Origin: Takakia lepidozioides
Lineage: Eukaryota; Plantae; Bryophyta
Length of the DNA stretch: 64,000 nucleotides
Direction: 5' to 3'
NCBI GenBank assembly: GCA_030704615.1
Contig: CM060733.1
Span: 11,966,001 to 12,030,000 of the forward strand
In this document: positions 63,587 through 64,000 of the stretch, one piece after another
Layout: each line of letters begins with the position of its first letter
How positions within the stretch are numbered: the stretch's first letter is position 1
Notes under the pieces: generated by a model
What the model was told of the DNA's origin: nothing
Seen by the model: the letters and a program-made list of their open reading frames with translations, nothing else
Database searches by the model: none
Program-made: the position numbers and the translations under genes

Positions 63587-64000
63587 GTCAGTTATCCTCC
63601 GTTGATAGCATAGCATTGGGGGATGAAGTGGAATGTCCAATCTAGCATTCTTGATTGTACGGCTCAAGCCTGGCACTCAGAAGTTCAGGCGAAATGTTTA
63701 ATGAAGGGGAGTCGTTGTGGCCAAATTCACAGTTTGTCGCTGCTCGTTTAGTTCTTGCAGGCTTCAGCTTTCTAAATCTGCCGCTTGCTCGTCACATGGC
63801 CATTGAGACTAGCGCACCCCTTAGTTGGGGCCAGGGTGTGCCACTGGTCTGCAGTACTGTCCAACCATTCCTGTGTTGTTTACCTTGAACAACTAACACT
63901 GTCACTTTTGAATAGGCTGCGGGAACAATATCAAGTTATCCCATATTGCAATTTAGTTCTTAATGATTGAGCTCCATCCGAGCTCATGTTGAACTGCATT

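Overview
Eukaryotic nuclear DNA, most likely from a non-seed land plant (spliceosomal GT-AG introns, PLS-class PPR motifs, a DUF1218 gene, a plant C2H2 gene); the species cannot be read from the sequence. About 53 kb is a nest of decayed transposons, followed by two apparently intact host genes. The centrepiece (~8-30 kb) is a large Mutator-like element. Its GCM-like/DDE/SWIM transposase is divergently oriented from an intron-containing gene that, once reconstructed, joins a ParB-like domain to a beta-class (N6A/N4C-type) DNA-methyltransferase fold. Between the two genes is an array of a palindrome (GATGAATTTCGGCGCCGAAATTCATC) spaced mostly 64 bp apart (also 53 and 73), i.e. helically phased, and the motif recurs in the gene's introns. 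That gene was interrupted (4-bp TSD GAGT) by a Ty3/gypsy element carrying a C5-cytosine methyltransferase, a PHD finger and split direct repeats (A...B-A-B), and a 6.7-kb inversion then scrambled both. Further right, a Copia element (TSD ATCAG) contains a chromovirus, which contains a non-autonomous CACTA carrying captured PPR and OSB(PDF-motif) exons; this cargo is amplified throughout the window. All domain calls are by-eye motif recognition, with no database searches run.
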